Source: Candidatus Altimarinota bacterium (lineage in GTDB: Bacteria; Patescibacteriota; Gracilibacteria; UBA1369). From it: DNA of 32,000 nt. Position 1 is the stretch's first letter, and every line of letters starts with the position of its first letter. Shown here piece after piece: positions 15,898 through 24,616 of this stretch. The stretch lies in the NCBI GenBank assembly GCA_041659405.1, contig JBAZYK010000011.1, positions 1 through 32,000 on the forward strand, given 5' to 3'. Under the pieces are notes generated by a model. The model was given only the letters and a program-made list of their open reading frames with translations, had not been told where the DNA came from and ran no database searches. The translations under genes and the position numbers were made by a program.

Positions 15898-16986
15898 ATG
15901 CGATTGAAAAAACTATCAACTGGAGCTCGCTTCGTGCATGCCAGAATACCCCTAATCCTCGCGGGATTTGCACTTTCCACGATACTTCTGAGCAACATCG
16001 CCTTCGCAGCATTCAGTGATGTGCCAAACACACACCCAAACTACGAAGCGATCACGTATGTTCAAACTCAAAATATTGTTGAGGGTTATGCCGATGGCAC
16101 GTTTCATCCCGATAACGCGGTTAATCGCGCCGAATTTACCAAAATCATCACCGAAGCTTATTACAAAGGACAAGCCACCGGAGACAATTGTTTTTCAGAT
16201 GTTGGCACGGAATGGTTTGCAAAATATATCTGTTTTAGCAAAACTTTTAATTTTATCGGCGGATATTCCGACGGGAGTTTCCACCCAGGGAATAACATAA
16301 ATTTCGCCGAGGCTACCAAAATTTTGGTAAATGTTAAAGGTTTAACTGTAACACCGGATCTCAATTTTTGGTACAAACCGTATGTGGAAAAGTTGGCTGA
16401 AGTAAATGCGATTCCAGCTTCCATTACAAGTTTTAGCCAAAAAGTTACTCGTGGAGAAATGGCGGAGATGGTTTACAGATTAAAGGCTGACGTTACAAAT
16501 AAATCTTCCAAAACTTATGAACAACTTGCCGCTCCCGGGTTGCCGGTACGCCTAAAGATTCCGGCAATCAATGTTAATTCCGCCTTTGAATCTGTGGGAC
16601 TTACACCTGCGGGAGCAGTTGATATTCCGAAAAATCCCGCCAATGTAGCCTGGTACAATCTGGGGCCACGTCCGGGAGATATTGGCAGTTCAGTGATCAC
16701 CGGCCACATTAATTGGTATTATGGAGCCACTGGTGTGTTCGTAAATCTTAACAGGGTCAAGCCGGGCGACAAGATTACAGTTCAGGATGATAAAGGAGCA
16801 ACTATTTCCTTTGTAGTGCGTGAAATTCGTGATTACGACGCCGCCGCAAATGCCGTTGATGTCTTCAACTCAAATGACGGAAAGGCCCACCTTAACCTGA
16901 TTACCTGCGAGGGAACATGGGATAAAAATGCCCAACAATATACCAAACGGTTGGTAGTGTTTGCCGATAGAGAAACCGGAGTATAA
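15898..16986 (+). CDS. sortase (class F-like) fused to three N-terminal SLH domains
   Basis: MRLKKLSTGARFVHARIPLILAGFALSTILLSNIAFA is a signal/anchor. SLH repeats: FSDVPNTHPNYEAITYV...GYADGTFHPDNAVNRAEFTKII, CFSDVG...GYSDGSFHPGNNINFAEATKIL, and a degenerate third. Sortase core: ITGH, LITCEG, RLVVFA. I prefer the start at 15898; 15862 is possible, and the track start 15748 overlaps the upstream gene. Confidence 0.85.
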   Translation: MRLKKLSTGARFVHARIPLILAGFALSTILLSNIAFAAFSDVPNTHPNYEAITYVQTQNIVEGYADGTFHPDNAVNRAEFTKIITEAYYKGQATGDNCFSDVGTEWFAKYICFSKTFNFIGGYSDGSFHPGNNINFAEATKILVNVKGLTVTPDLNFWYKPYVEKLAEVNAIPASITSFSQKVTRGEMAEMVYRLKADVTNKSSKTYEQLAAPGLPVRLKIPAINVNSAFESVGLTPAGAVDIPKNPANVAWYNLGPRPGDIGSSVITGHINWYYGATGVFVNLNRVKPGDKITVQDDKGATISFVVREIRDYDAAANAVDVFNSNDGKAHLNLITCEGTWDKNAQQYTKRLVVFADRETGV

Positions 16987-17012
16987 ATTGCAATATATTT
17001 CCTGATTCATAA

Positions 17013-17036
17013 AAAGTCCCCCGGGGGACCTTTCTA
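17013..17036 (+). terminator. candidate intrinsic terminator after the sortase gene
   Basis: Perfect 14-nt palindrome GTCCCCCGGGGGAC (17016-17029), preceded by AAAAA and followed by CTTTCT. The U-tract is short. Confidence 0.45.
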
Positions 17037-17177
17037 AAATTGGCGATTATTCTCTTCCTGAAGCCAAAATTCACGGATTACCAGGGTTGATTGTGTATTA
17101 TTTTTCAATCTTGGCAACAGCAACCCAAAAAACGTATGACTCCTCACCCGAAAACCCTGGCCCAAAGCCTGTTTTTG

Positions 17178-17194
17178 TGCTAAAATAGTATAAT
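17178..17194 (+). promoter_or_regulatory. candidate -10 elements upstream of the HAD-phosphoketolase pair
   Basis: TGcTAAAAT (17178-17186, extended -10) and TATAAT (17189-17194). They lie 20-35 nt upstream of the ATG at 17215. No convincing -35. Confidence 0.4.
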
Positions 17195-17214
17195 AAATTT
17201 ATAAAACAAAAAAG

Positions 17215-17874
17215 ATGCTCAAAGGCCTTATATTCGATCTCGACGGGACGCTTACGCTAACCCAACAATTCCACTTTTTGGCTTATACCGAGGTTTTTAA
17301 GAAATATGGCATAAATTACACCCCGGAAGACGATTATAAATTTGCCGGACAAGGCGGACATTGCATCGTTCCGGGAACTTTTGCCAAAAATGGACGAAAA
17401 ATTTCAACCGAGGAAGAAGATAAAATCATCAATGAAAAAATTCAGGTTTATAGCCGCATGCTTGATGAAAACAAGATTGAACCGGTTGAAGGCGTGCAGG
17501 AATTTTTAAGCAAAATGCAGGCACAGGGTTTAAAAATGGCCGTGGCATCCGGCAACAGACTTGAAGCAATTGAAAAAATTCTAAACCTCGTAAACATCCG
17601 CCAGTTTTTTAGCGTGATTGTCACAAATAAAGATGTTCCAAAATCCAAACCCTCTCCGGATATTTTCTTAAAAGCTGCAGAAAAAATCGGATTAAAACCG
17701 GACGAATGTATTGTTTTTGAAGATGCAATTAACGGAGTTCAGGCAGCCAAAGCCGGCGGATTTAAAAGCATCGCTTTGCTTACCGGCATGAAAAAAACAG
17801 ATCTGCTAAATGCAGGCGCAAATTTTGTCGTAGAGAGTTATGATGAAATCACAGAAAAAATGTTGGAAGTTTAG
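17215..17874 (+). CDS. HAD-IA hydrolase (beta-phosphoglucomutase/sugar-phosphatase-like)
   Basis: 219 aa. Motif I FDLDGTL, motif II ASGN, KSKPSPDIF, motif IV FEDAINGVQAAKAGG. Confidence 0.85.
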   Translation: MLKGLIFDLDGTLTLTQQFHFLAYTEVFKKYGINYTPEDDYKFAGQGGHCIVPGTFAKNGRKISTEEEDKIINEKIQVYSRMLDENKIEPVEGVQEFLSKMQAQGLKMAVASGNRLEAIEKILNLVNIRQFFSVIVTNKDVPKSKPSPDIFLKAAEKIGLKPDECIVFEDAINGVQAAKAGGFKSIALLTGMKKTDLLNAGANFVVESYDEITEKMLEV

Positions 17875-17940
17875 AAGAGCTGTGGTCGGCTCCCCTCTCC
17901 AAGTCTATCCACAATCAAATTAAAAATTTATAAACTCAAA

Positions 17941-20568
17941 ATGAAAAAATCAACAAAACAAAAAGCCATGGATCAAAAGGCAATCGCCTGGCTTCAAAAA
18001 TACCTTCGTTACACCGACTACATCGGCGCGGCGCAGCTTTATCTTAGAGAAAATTGCACCATGCGCCAGGAGCTCAAAGTCGAGCACATTAAAGACCGCA
18101 TTTTGGGTCACTGGGGCACAGTTCCGGGCCTGAATTTTATTTACGCACACCTGAATTACCTGATCTGCAAACATCAACACGACGCGGATCTCAAAATCAA
18201 AAACGCTACTAAATCTTTCGTCCAAGCGCCGCATTTCATGTTCATTGCCGGCCCGGGTCATGGCGCTCCTGCCGTTATTGCCAATCTGTTTGCGGAAAAC
18301 TCGATGGCCGAATATTATCCGCAGTTGCAGCGCACCGAAGATGGCACCTGCAAATTGGTCCGCATGTTTAGCTGGCCGGGCGGATTTCCAAGCCACACAA
18401 ACCCCGGAACTCCCGGCGCAATCGTGGAAGGCGGCGAACTTGGTTACAGTTTATCCACAGCATTTGGCGCAGTCATGGACAATCCCGACTTAATCGTGGC
18501 CTGCGTTGTTGGTGATGGAGAAGCCGAAACCGGACCAATGGCCGCAGCTTGGCACAGCAATAAATTTCTAAATCCCGCTGAGTCCGGCGCGGTTTTGCCA
18601 ATCCTTCACGCCAACGGTTACAAAATTACCGGCCCCACAATTTACGCAACCATGAGCGACAAAGAGCTCACCAATCTTTTCAACGGTTTTGGTTATGAAC
18701 CGTTAATTGTTGATGATACAAATCCAAAAAAACAAAATCATCAAAAAATGATCGACACTCTGGAATATGCTTATCAAAAAATTCGCGAAATCCAAGATAC
18801 AGCTCGCAGCCAAAAAGAGGCAGTACTTAAGCCTCGCTGGCCGATGATTGTGTACAGATCAATCAAGGGTCGCACCGGAATTAAACACGCCGATGGTCAT
18901 AAAGTTGAAGGAACATATCGTTCACACGGCATTCCAATCGGCGATCCAAAAACCAACGAAAAACATTTTCAACTCGTTAAAAACTGGCTCGAAAGTTATA
19001 AATTCCCGGAACTTGTTGATAAAAAAGGCCAGCCATTACCGGAAATTTTGGAGTTTGTACCAAGCCCAACAAAAAATCGCATGAAAGAAAAGTTTGGATT
19101 GCAAGGCGGAAAGAAAAGTTTGACCGCAGCGCATTCAAACATGCGTGAGGATCAAACTTTACTTTCCAACGCAGCAAGACGAGCTTTTCTTTCATGCGAC
19201 CCCCGCATGGGCATGTGCAAAAACGCCATCGGCGGCAACATGCGCAAAGATCTCCACCTACCAAATCCTGCAAAATATGAAATCAACATTTTGGGAAAGC
19301 ACGGCCAATCCGGTCGTGGCCAGATCATGCAGGGCAACACTTTAATTGCCTCCGATTACATTCGCGATATTTTCAATCTCAACAAAAAAGAAAAGAATTT
19401 CCGTTTTATGTGTCCGGACGAAACCGAATCCAACAAATTTACTTGTCTATTTGAAGCCACAAAACGCGCCTTCATGTGGCCGGTTCATTCCTACGACGAA
19501 AACATTTCCCCAACCGGCCGCGTGATGGAAGTTTTAAGTGAACACACACTTCAAGGCTGGATGCAGGGATTTGTGCTCACCGGTCGCCACAGTATTTTTG
19601 CGACATATGAAGCCTTTGCCACAATCGTTTCAAGCATGGTCGATCAATACGCAAAATTCCTAAAACTCTCTTCAAAAGTTTCATGGAGAAAGCCGGTTTC
19701 AAGCTTGAACTACATCTTAACCAGCGTCGGCTGGCGCCAGGAACACAACGGTTATTCTCATCAAAATCCAAGTTTCATTAGCGGAATTTTGGAAAAGCAC
19801 GGAAAATTCTGCAGCGTTTATCTGCCTGCCGATGCCAACAGCATGCTCGTAACTTTGGAAGATTGCATGAAACGCAAAGACAGCATTAATGTGATAGTAG
19901 TCAACAAAAATCCAATGCCACAGTGGCTCACGCTACAAGAAGCGCGTGAAGAACTCAAAAACGGTCTGGGCGTTTGGAACTGGGTCAATAAAAATAACCC
20001 ATCACATAACGAAAATCCCGATGTAGTAATGGCCGCTTCCGGAGATGCGCTTGTGATCGAATCGCTCGCGGCAATTTCAATCCTGCACAAAATGGTTCCG
20101 GAATTGAAACTTCGCTTTGTGAATGTCAGCGAATTAACCGCTTTGGGTATTGGTGATGAACGCCATCCGCTAAGCGTAAGCGACGACGAATTCAATAAAT
20201 ATTTCACCGGCAATAAGCCAATTATTTATAATTTTCACGGCTATCCTGGAACTGTTCGCAAATTAATTTACGGCCACACTGCCATGGATCGATTTTCCAT
20301 TCACGGCTATCTTGAGGAAGGCACGACCACAACGCCTTTTAACATGATGGTCATGAACAAAACCGACCGCTTTAATTTGGCGATCGACGCACTGCAAAAA
20401 ATAATCAAGAACGCAAACGCTGACAAATCAGCCCGCCTCTCGGCTCTCGCCAAAAAAGCTCCAAAAATTATTCACGAGCTGGAAGCCAAACTCGCCACTC
20501 ATGCCAAGTACATTGTCGAAAACGGCAAAGACATGGAAGAAATCGAAAACTGGCGCTGGGAAAATTAG
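17941..20568 (+). CDS. xfp: phosphoketolase (xylulose-5-P/fructose-6-P), unusually long
   Basis: 875 aa. GHWGT.PGLNFIYAHLN, EGGELGYS, GDGEAETGP, LPILHANGYKI, HQNPSF, RFVNV and TTTPFNMMVMN are collinear with Xfp/Xpk. Confidence 0.92.
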   Translation: MKKSTKQKAMDQKAIAWLQKYLRYTDYIGAAQLYLRENCTMRQELKVEHIKDRILGHWGTVPGLNFIYAHLNYLICKHQHDADLKIKNATKSFVQAPHFMFIAGPGHGAPAVIANLFAENSMAEYYPQLQRTEDGTCKLVRMFSWPGGFPSHTNPGTPGAIVEGGELGYSLSTAFGAVMDNPDLIVACVVGDGEAETGPMAAAWHSNKFLNPAESGAVLPILHANGYKITGPTIYATMSDKELTNLFNGFGYEPLIVDDTNPKKQNHQKMIDTLEYAYQKIREIQDTARSQKEAVLKPRWPMIVYRSIKGRTGIKHADGHKVEGTYRSHGIPIGDPKTNEKHFQLVKNWLESYKFPELVDKKGQPLPEILEFVPSPTKNRMKEKFGLQGGKKSLTAAHSNMREDQTLLSNAARRAFLSCDPRMGMCKNAIGGNMRKDLHLPNPAKYEINILGKHGQSGRGQIMQGNTLIASDYIRDIFNLNKKEKNFRFMCPDETESNKFTCLFEATKRAFMWPVHSYDENISPTGRVMEVLSEHTLQGWMQGFVLTGRHSIFATYEAFATIVSSMVDQYAKFLKLSSKVSWRKPVSSLNYILTSVGWRQEHNGYSHQNPSFISGILEKHGKFCSVYLPADANSMLVTLEDCMKRKDSINVIVVNKNPMPQWLTLQEAREELKNGLGVWNWVNKNNPSHNENPDVVMAASGDALVIESLAAISILHKMVPELKLRFVNVSELTALGIGDERHPLSVSDDEFNKYFTGNKPIIYNFHGYPGTVRKLIYGHTAMDRFSIHGYLEEGTTTTPFNMMVMNKTDRFNLAIDALQKIIKNANADKSARLSALAKKAPKIIHELEAKLATHAKYIVENGKDMEEIENWRWEN

Positions 20569-21650
20569 TAACTTCTAATTGTCTCGCAAATCCCCTCCGG
20601 ATCCATGCCGAATTTCCGGTATAGATCTGCAGCTTTTCCCGATTCGCCAAAGCCATCCATCCCAATTCGCAAAACTTTCATTGGATAATGCGTGCCCAAA
20701 ACTTCCATCACCGCAGAACCAAGCCCGCCAACAATTTGATGATCTTCCACCGTCACAATTTGTCGCGCCTGTTTAGCGCATTCCACAATCAATCCATCAT
20801 CAATTGGCCGCAGTGAAGGAATATTTACCACCATTGTGGAAACACCTTCACGCTCTAAAATTTCACGAGCCTGCAGCGAAGCCGCAACTCCGGTTCCAAT
20901 CGCAAAAATGCAAACATCCGTTCCGGGAGTATAAACATGACCTTTGCCAATCTTGTAGCCATCCCTTCCCCAGGTCGTATTTTCATCATGCAAAACCGGC
21001 AACGAACCCGAAGCCAAACGCAAATAAGTTGGACCGTAATCTTGCATCATCGCTTCCACCATTTTTTTGGTTTCAACCGCATCAGCAGGACATAAAACCT
21101 TCATATTTGGAATCGCCCGCATGATTGCCAAATCTTCCAAAGCCTGATAAGTCCCGCCATCCTCACCACTAAAAATTCCCGCATGTGAGCCAATAATTTT
21201 CACATTCAAATAAGGATAAGCGATCGCATTGCGGATCTGCTCCCACGCGCGCCCGGTCGCAAACATGGAAAAAGAAGTCACAAACGGAATCTTGCCGCGA
21301 ACGGTAAACCCCGCAGCCGCTGCCATCATATTTTCTTCCGAATTTCCAAAATTAAAATAACGATCAGGAAAGGCCATCGCAAAGCCGGCCGTATTCATAA
21401 ATTTGGCACTGTTGGCATCCAAAACCACCACATTTTTATAGCGGGCGCCAAAGCGCACCAGAGCATCTCCAAAAGCTTTTACATTGGAAACCGAACCGTC
21501 ATATCTTTCCTCTGCACGATCACGATTGCCGGGATTTTGTCTTTGCGTGAACGAACCACTCGCCTGGGAATCCAACGCCAAACGTCCCTGCCGCCTTTCG
21601 GTAGCGTGCATCATTGCCTGAATGGAAGATTGCCAGCCGGATTGAGCCAT
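20565..21650 (-). CDS. transketolase C-terminal half (pyrimidine-binding plus C-terminal domains) with N-terminal extension
   Basis: 361 aa. KAFGDALVRFG...VVLDANSAKF...FNFGNSEENMMAAAAG...SHAGIFSGEDGGTYQALEDLAIMRAIPNM matches split-type Tkt subunit B. About 40-55 extra hydrophilic residues sit at the N-terminus, and alternative starts lie at Met13/14. Confidence 0.85.
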   Translation of the reverse strand: MAQSGWQSSIQAMMHATERRQGRLALDSQASGSFTQRQNPGNRDRAEERYDGSVSNVKAFGDALVRFGARYKNVVVLDANSAKFMNTAGFAMAFPDRYFNFGNSEENMMAAAAGFTVRGKIPFVTSFSMFATGRAWEQIRNAIAYPYLNVKIIGSHAGIFSGEDGGTYQALEDLAIMRAIPNMKVLCPADAVETKKMVEAMMQDYGPTYLRLASGSLPVLHDENTTWGRDGYKIGKGHVYTPGTDVCIFAIGTGVAASLQAREILEREGVSTMVVNIPSLRPIDDGLIVECAKQARQIVTVEDHQIVGGLGSAVMEVLGTHYPMKVLRIGMDGFGESGKAADLYRKFGMDPEGICETIRSY

Positions 21651-21818
21651 AGTTGCAAAAAAAAACGCAGTCTAGCGAGCACTTGATCAACCAAAACTCA
21701 GTCAAATTCTCGCATGCGCAAAAATAGCAAAAAATTTTACTATCAGCAACAAAGCCTTCAGCAATCTTTAGCGAAATAATGTTTTTATGGTCTAATACCA
21801 AAAACTTTTAAAAACAGT

Positions 21819-22478
21819 CTAATTGCTTATTTCAAACGAAATTAACGCCGAGATTTCCCGCATATCTGTAATTACCTTATCCGCCAGCCCAAAATCAAGA
21901 CTTTCATTGTGGTTGGATTTATAAGCCACCAAAAACATGCCGGCCGCCTTTGCCGCTTTAAAGCCATTTGGCGTGTCTTCAATCACCATAGTTGTTTCAG
22001 GATTCGCCCGAAACTTTTGCGCAGCCAAAAGAAATGGCTCAGGATCGGGCTTTCCCTTACTAACATCATCCGCAAAAACGCGCTGTTCAAAAAAATCCAA
22101 AATTCCCAAGTTGGTTAAAGTCGCCATCGCAAACTCTTTTTGGCTTCCCGTAGCCAATCCAATCTGCACATTTTGATCACGCAATTTTTCCAAAGTTTCA
22201 CGCACATAAGGATTCAACGCAAAAATTTCACCATAATATTTTTTTGCGATCATCCGATGAGCCCGTAACAAGTCTTTCACCTCAACCGATAAATTAAAAA
22301 TTTCGATCAAAGCTTTAAAATAATCCTCAAACCGCATGCCCATAAATTTATTCGCAATCTCCCGCGTCAAATCAATCCCAAAATGGCTCAAAGCCTTTTT
22401 CTCGATCTCATAATTATAATTTTCCGAGTCAATCAAAACCCCATCCATATCAAAAATAATTGTTTGAAAATTTGGCAT
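21819..22478 (-). CDS. HAD-IA hydrolase (second, divergent paralog)
   Basis: 219 aa. FDMDGVLIDSE, ATGS, KGKPDPEPF, IEDTPNGFKAAKAAG. It starts 5 nt after the tkt stop. Confidence 0.85.
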   Translation of the reverse strand: MPNFQTIIFDMDGVLIDSENYNYEIEKKALSHFGIDLTREIANKFMGMRFEDYFKALIEIFNLSVEVKDLLRAHRMIAKKYYGEIFALNPYVRETLEKLRDQNVQIGLATGSQKEFAMATLTNLGILDFFEQRVFADDVSKGKPDPEPFLLAAQKFRANPETTMVIEDTPNGFKAAKAAGMFLVAYKSNHNESLDFGLADKVITDMREISALISFEISN

Positions 22479-22483
22479 AAAAA

Positions 22484-24367
22484 TTAAATCAACTCCTTCA
22501 CCTTCGCCACAATACTTTTAGCGCTAATCCCATATTTTTCAATGAGTTCTTCCGGTTTTCCGGAATGTGGAAGTTCGTGGACGGCCAATTTGTGCACGCG
22601 CACGCCTTTTTCGCTTAACGCGCCGGCAACCGCATCACCAAGGCCACCCTGCAAGTAATGATCTTCAACGGTAATGACCAGCCCGCCCGTCGCCATCGCC
22701 GCTTTCAAAATCCCGTCAGCATCAATCGGTTTAATTGAATACGCATCAATCACTGTTATGTTGATCCCCTCTTTTTGCAGCTCGTCATAAGCTTTCAAAG
22801 CCTCGTACAAAGTCACACCCGCTCCCACAACCGTCACTTTATCCGGCTTAGCCGCATCTTTAGACTGACGCACCACCTTGCTTCCGCCAATCGGAAATTT
22901 TTCATCATTGCCATAAATCACCGGCAACTTTGGCCTGGAAGCGCGCAAATAACTCACGCCATTGTAATCCAGCATTTGTTCCATCAAACGCTCGCAACTC
23001 ACGGCATCACTTGGATACAAAACCGCCGAGCCATAAATCGCTCGCATCATCGCCAAATCTTCCAGCGCCATTTGCGAAACGCCATCTTCACCAATACTCA
23101 CGCCAGCATGCGAACCAACCAGTTTTACATGAGACATAGAAACCGCCGCCATACGAATTTGATCATAAGCGCGAGTCAAAAATGCCGCAAAAGTAGAAGC
23201 AAAAGCCAATTTTCCACGTGCCGCCAAACCCACAGCCACACCAACCATATTCTGCTCGGCAATAAAACATTCAAAAAAGCGCTCAGGATAAGCATTCTTA
23301 AACTTATCCGCAAAAGTTGAATTCTTGGTGTCGCCATCGACAACAGTGATTCGTGTATCCGCCAAACCCAGACGAACAAGCGCAAAACCATAAGCTTCAC
23401 GAGTCGCTACCATATCGCCCAACTTATAATTTAATGGACCAAAATCACCCGTGCCATCAGCCTTTAATTTTCTGGCCGCAGTTGGTTTTTTATCGGCAGG
23501 TTTTGGAATTTCCACGCTCGCATCCCCAAGCGCCGGTTCCGCCTGACCCTTCAACTCTAGAATCGCCTTATCCATTTCCTCTTTTTTCAGCGCTTTCCCA
23601 TGCCAAGAATCCTTGTTGGAAATAAACGAAACTCCATAACCCTTAAAAGTTCGCGCAATCAAAACTGTTGGTTGCCCCTTTGCTGCAGCCGCTTTTTCAA
23701 ATCCTGCCACAACTTCTGTCATATTATGCCCATCCACCACCAAAGCATTCCAGCCAAAAGCCGCAAACCGCGCACGATGAACCTCCACATCATGCTCAAA
23801 CATGGTCGGCTGACTTTGCCCCAAACGGTTAGCATCCACAATCGCCACCAAATTATCCAGCTTGTAATAAGAAGCCAATGAAGCCGCTTCCCAAACCGAA
23901 CCTTCGGCAATTTCACCATCACCCATTAAAACATAAGTTCGATAGTCCAGTTGATCAAGTTTTGCCGCTAAAGCCATGCCCACACCCGCAGAAAGGCCTT
24001 GTCCAAGTGAACCCGTTGCCACGTCCACCCATGGCAATCTTGGTGTAGGATGGCCTTCCAACTCGCTATCCAGCTTACGCAAAGTCACAAGTTCTTCAAC
24101 CGGAATAATGCCAGCCTCGGCCCACGCCGCATACAGTAGCGGAGCAGCATGCCCTTTGGACAAAATAAATCGATCATTATTTGGATGTTTTGGATCCTGC
24201 GGAAAATAACGCATCACCCTAAAGAAAAGCGCCGCCGCAATATCCGCAGCAGAAAGACAAGAACTAGGATGCCCCGACCCACTTGCTTCCGTTTCCACAA
24301 TTGAATGAATCCTTAACTGATTGCCAATTTTGGAAAGTTTTTCGATGGAGGTTGGCATTGGGAACAA
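22484..24367 (-). CDS. tkt: transketolase, full length (short ~620-aa type)
   Basis: 627 aa. SGHPSSCLSAADI, LSKGHAAP, GSLGQGL, MGDGEIAEGSVWEA, IAEQNMVGVAVG and GEDGVSQMALEDLAMMRA cover all three Tkt domains. Confidence 0.92.
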   Translation of the reverse strand: MFPMPTSIEKLSKIGNQLRIHSIVETEASGSGHPSSCLSAADIAAALFFRVMRYFPQDPKHPNNDRFILSKGHAAPLLYAAWAEAGIIPVEELVTLRKLDSELEGHPTPRLPWVDVATGSLGQGLSAGVGMALAAKLDQLDYRTYVLMGDGEIAEGSVWEAASLASYYKLDNLVAIVDANRLGQSQPTMFEHDVEVHRARFAAFGWNALVVDGHNMTEVVAGFEKAAAAKGQPTVLIARTFKGYGVSFISNKDSWHGKALKKEEMDKAILELKGQAEPALGDASVEIPKPADKKPTAARKLKADGTGDFGPLNYKLGDMVATREAYGFALVRLGLADTRITVVDGDTKNSTFADKFKNAYPERFFECFIAEQNMVGVAVGLAARGKLAFASTFAAFLTRAYDQIRMAAVSMSHVKLVGSHAGVSIGEDGVSQMALEDLAMMRAIYGSAVLYPSDAVSCERLMEQMLDYNGVSYLRASRPKLPVIYGNDEKFPIGGSKVVRQSKDAAKPDKVTVVGAGVTLYEALKAYDELQKEGINITVIDAYSIKPIDADGILKAAMATGGLVITVEDHYLQGGLGDAVAGALSEKGVRVHKLAVHELPHSGKPEELIEKYGISAKSIVAKVKELI

Positions 24368-24455
24368 AATAAAAAGCTAAATTCAGCCGAATCATAGCGG
24401 ACAATCAAGCAAGCTTCAAGCGGTTAGAAGAACATCAAAACAAATAATACAAAGT

Positions 24456-24530
24456 TTTATATTGTTAGTTATAGCCAAAACTAACAATAAGATTATTTAT
24501 ATTGCAAGTTAGATCCAAAAGTGACAATAA
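24456..24530. repeat. two tandem ~35-bp units (period 40 bp), each an inverted repeat TATTG...CAATA
   Basis: Unit A is TTTATATTGTTAGTTATAGCCAAAACTAACAATAA (24456-24490) and contains the perfect 11-bp IR TATTGTTAGTT/AACTAACAATA. Unit B is TTTATATTGCAAGTTAGATCCAAAAGTGACAATAA (24496-24530). I count 29 of 35 positions identical. Confidence 0.75.
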
Positions 24531-24553
24531 AAACATTCCCAGGTATGCTGGCG

Positions 24554-24582
24554 TTGACGCACAGGTGAGTGCTTGCTATACT
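24554..24582 (+). promoter_or_regulatory. near-consensus sigma70-type promoter on the plus strand
   Basis: TTGACG (24554-24559), exactly 17 nt, then TATACT (24577-24582). It points into the 3' end of the convergent DUF3800 gene. Confidence 0.55.
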
Positions 24583-24616
24583 TTAAGTGGTTACAGAACT
24601 TCAATTGAAAAATAAT

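Noticed and set aside
17037-17177. Possible structured RNA in the 230-bp gap before the HAD gene (CCAGGGTT at 17081 pairs with AACCCTGG at 17152)
   Set aside because: There is a single 8-bp long-range complement with no supporting nested helices. It is most simply promoter/leader DNA.
21520-21801. 93-aa minus-strand ORF overlapping the start of the transketolase C-half
   Set aside because: It is out of frame with the supported gene, has no motif, and lies mostly in the AT-rich leader.
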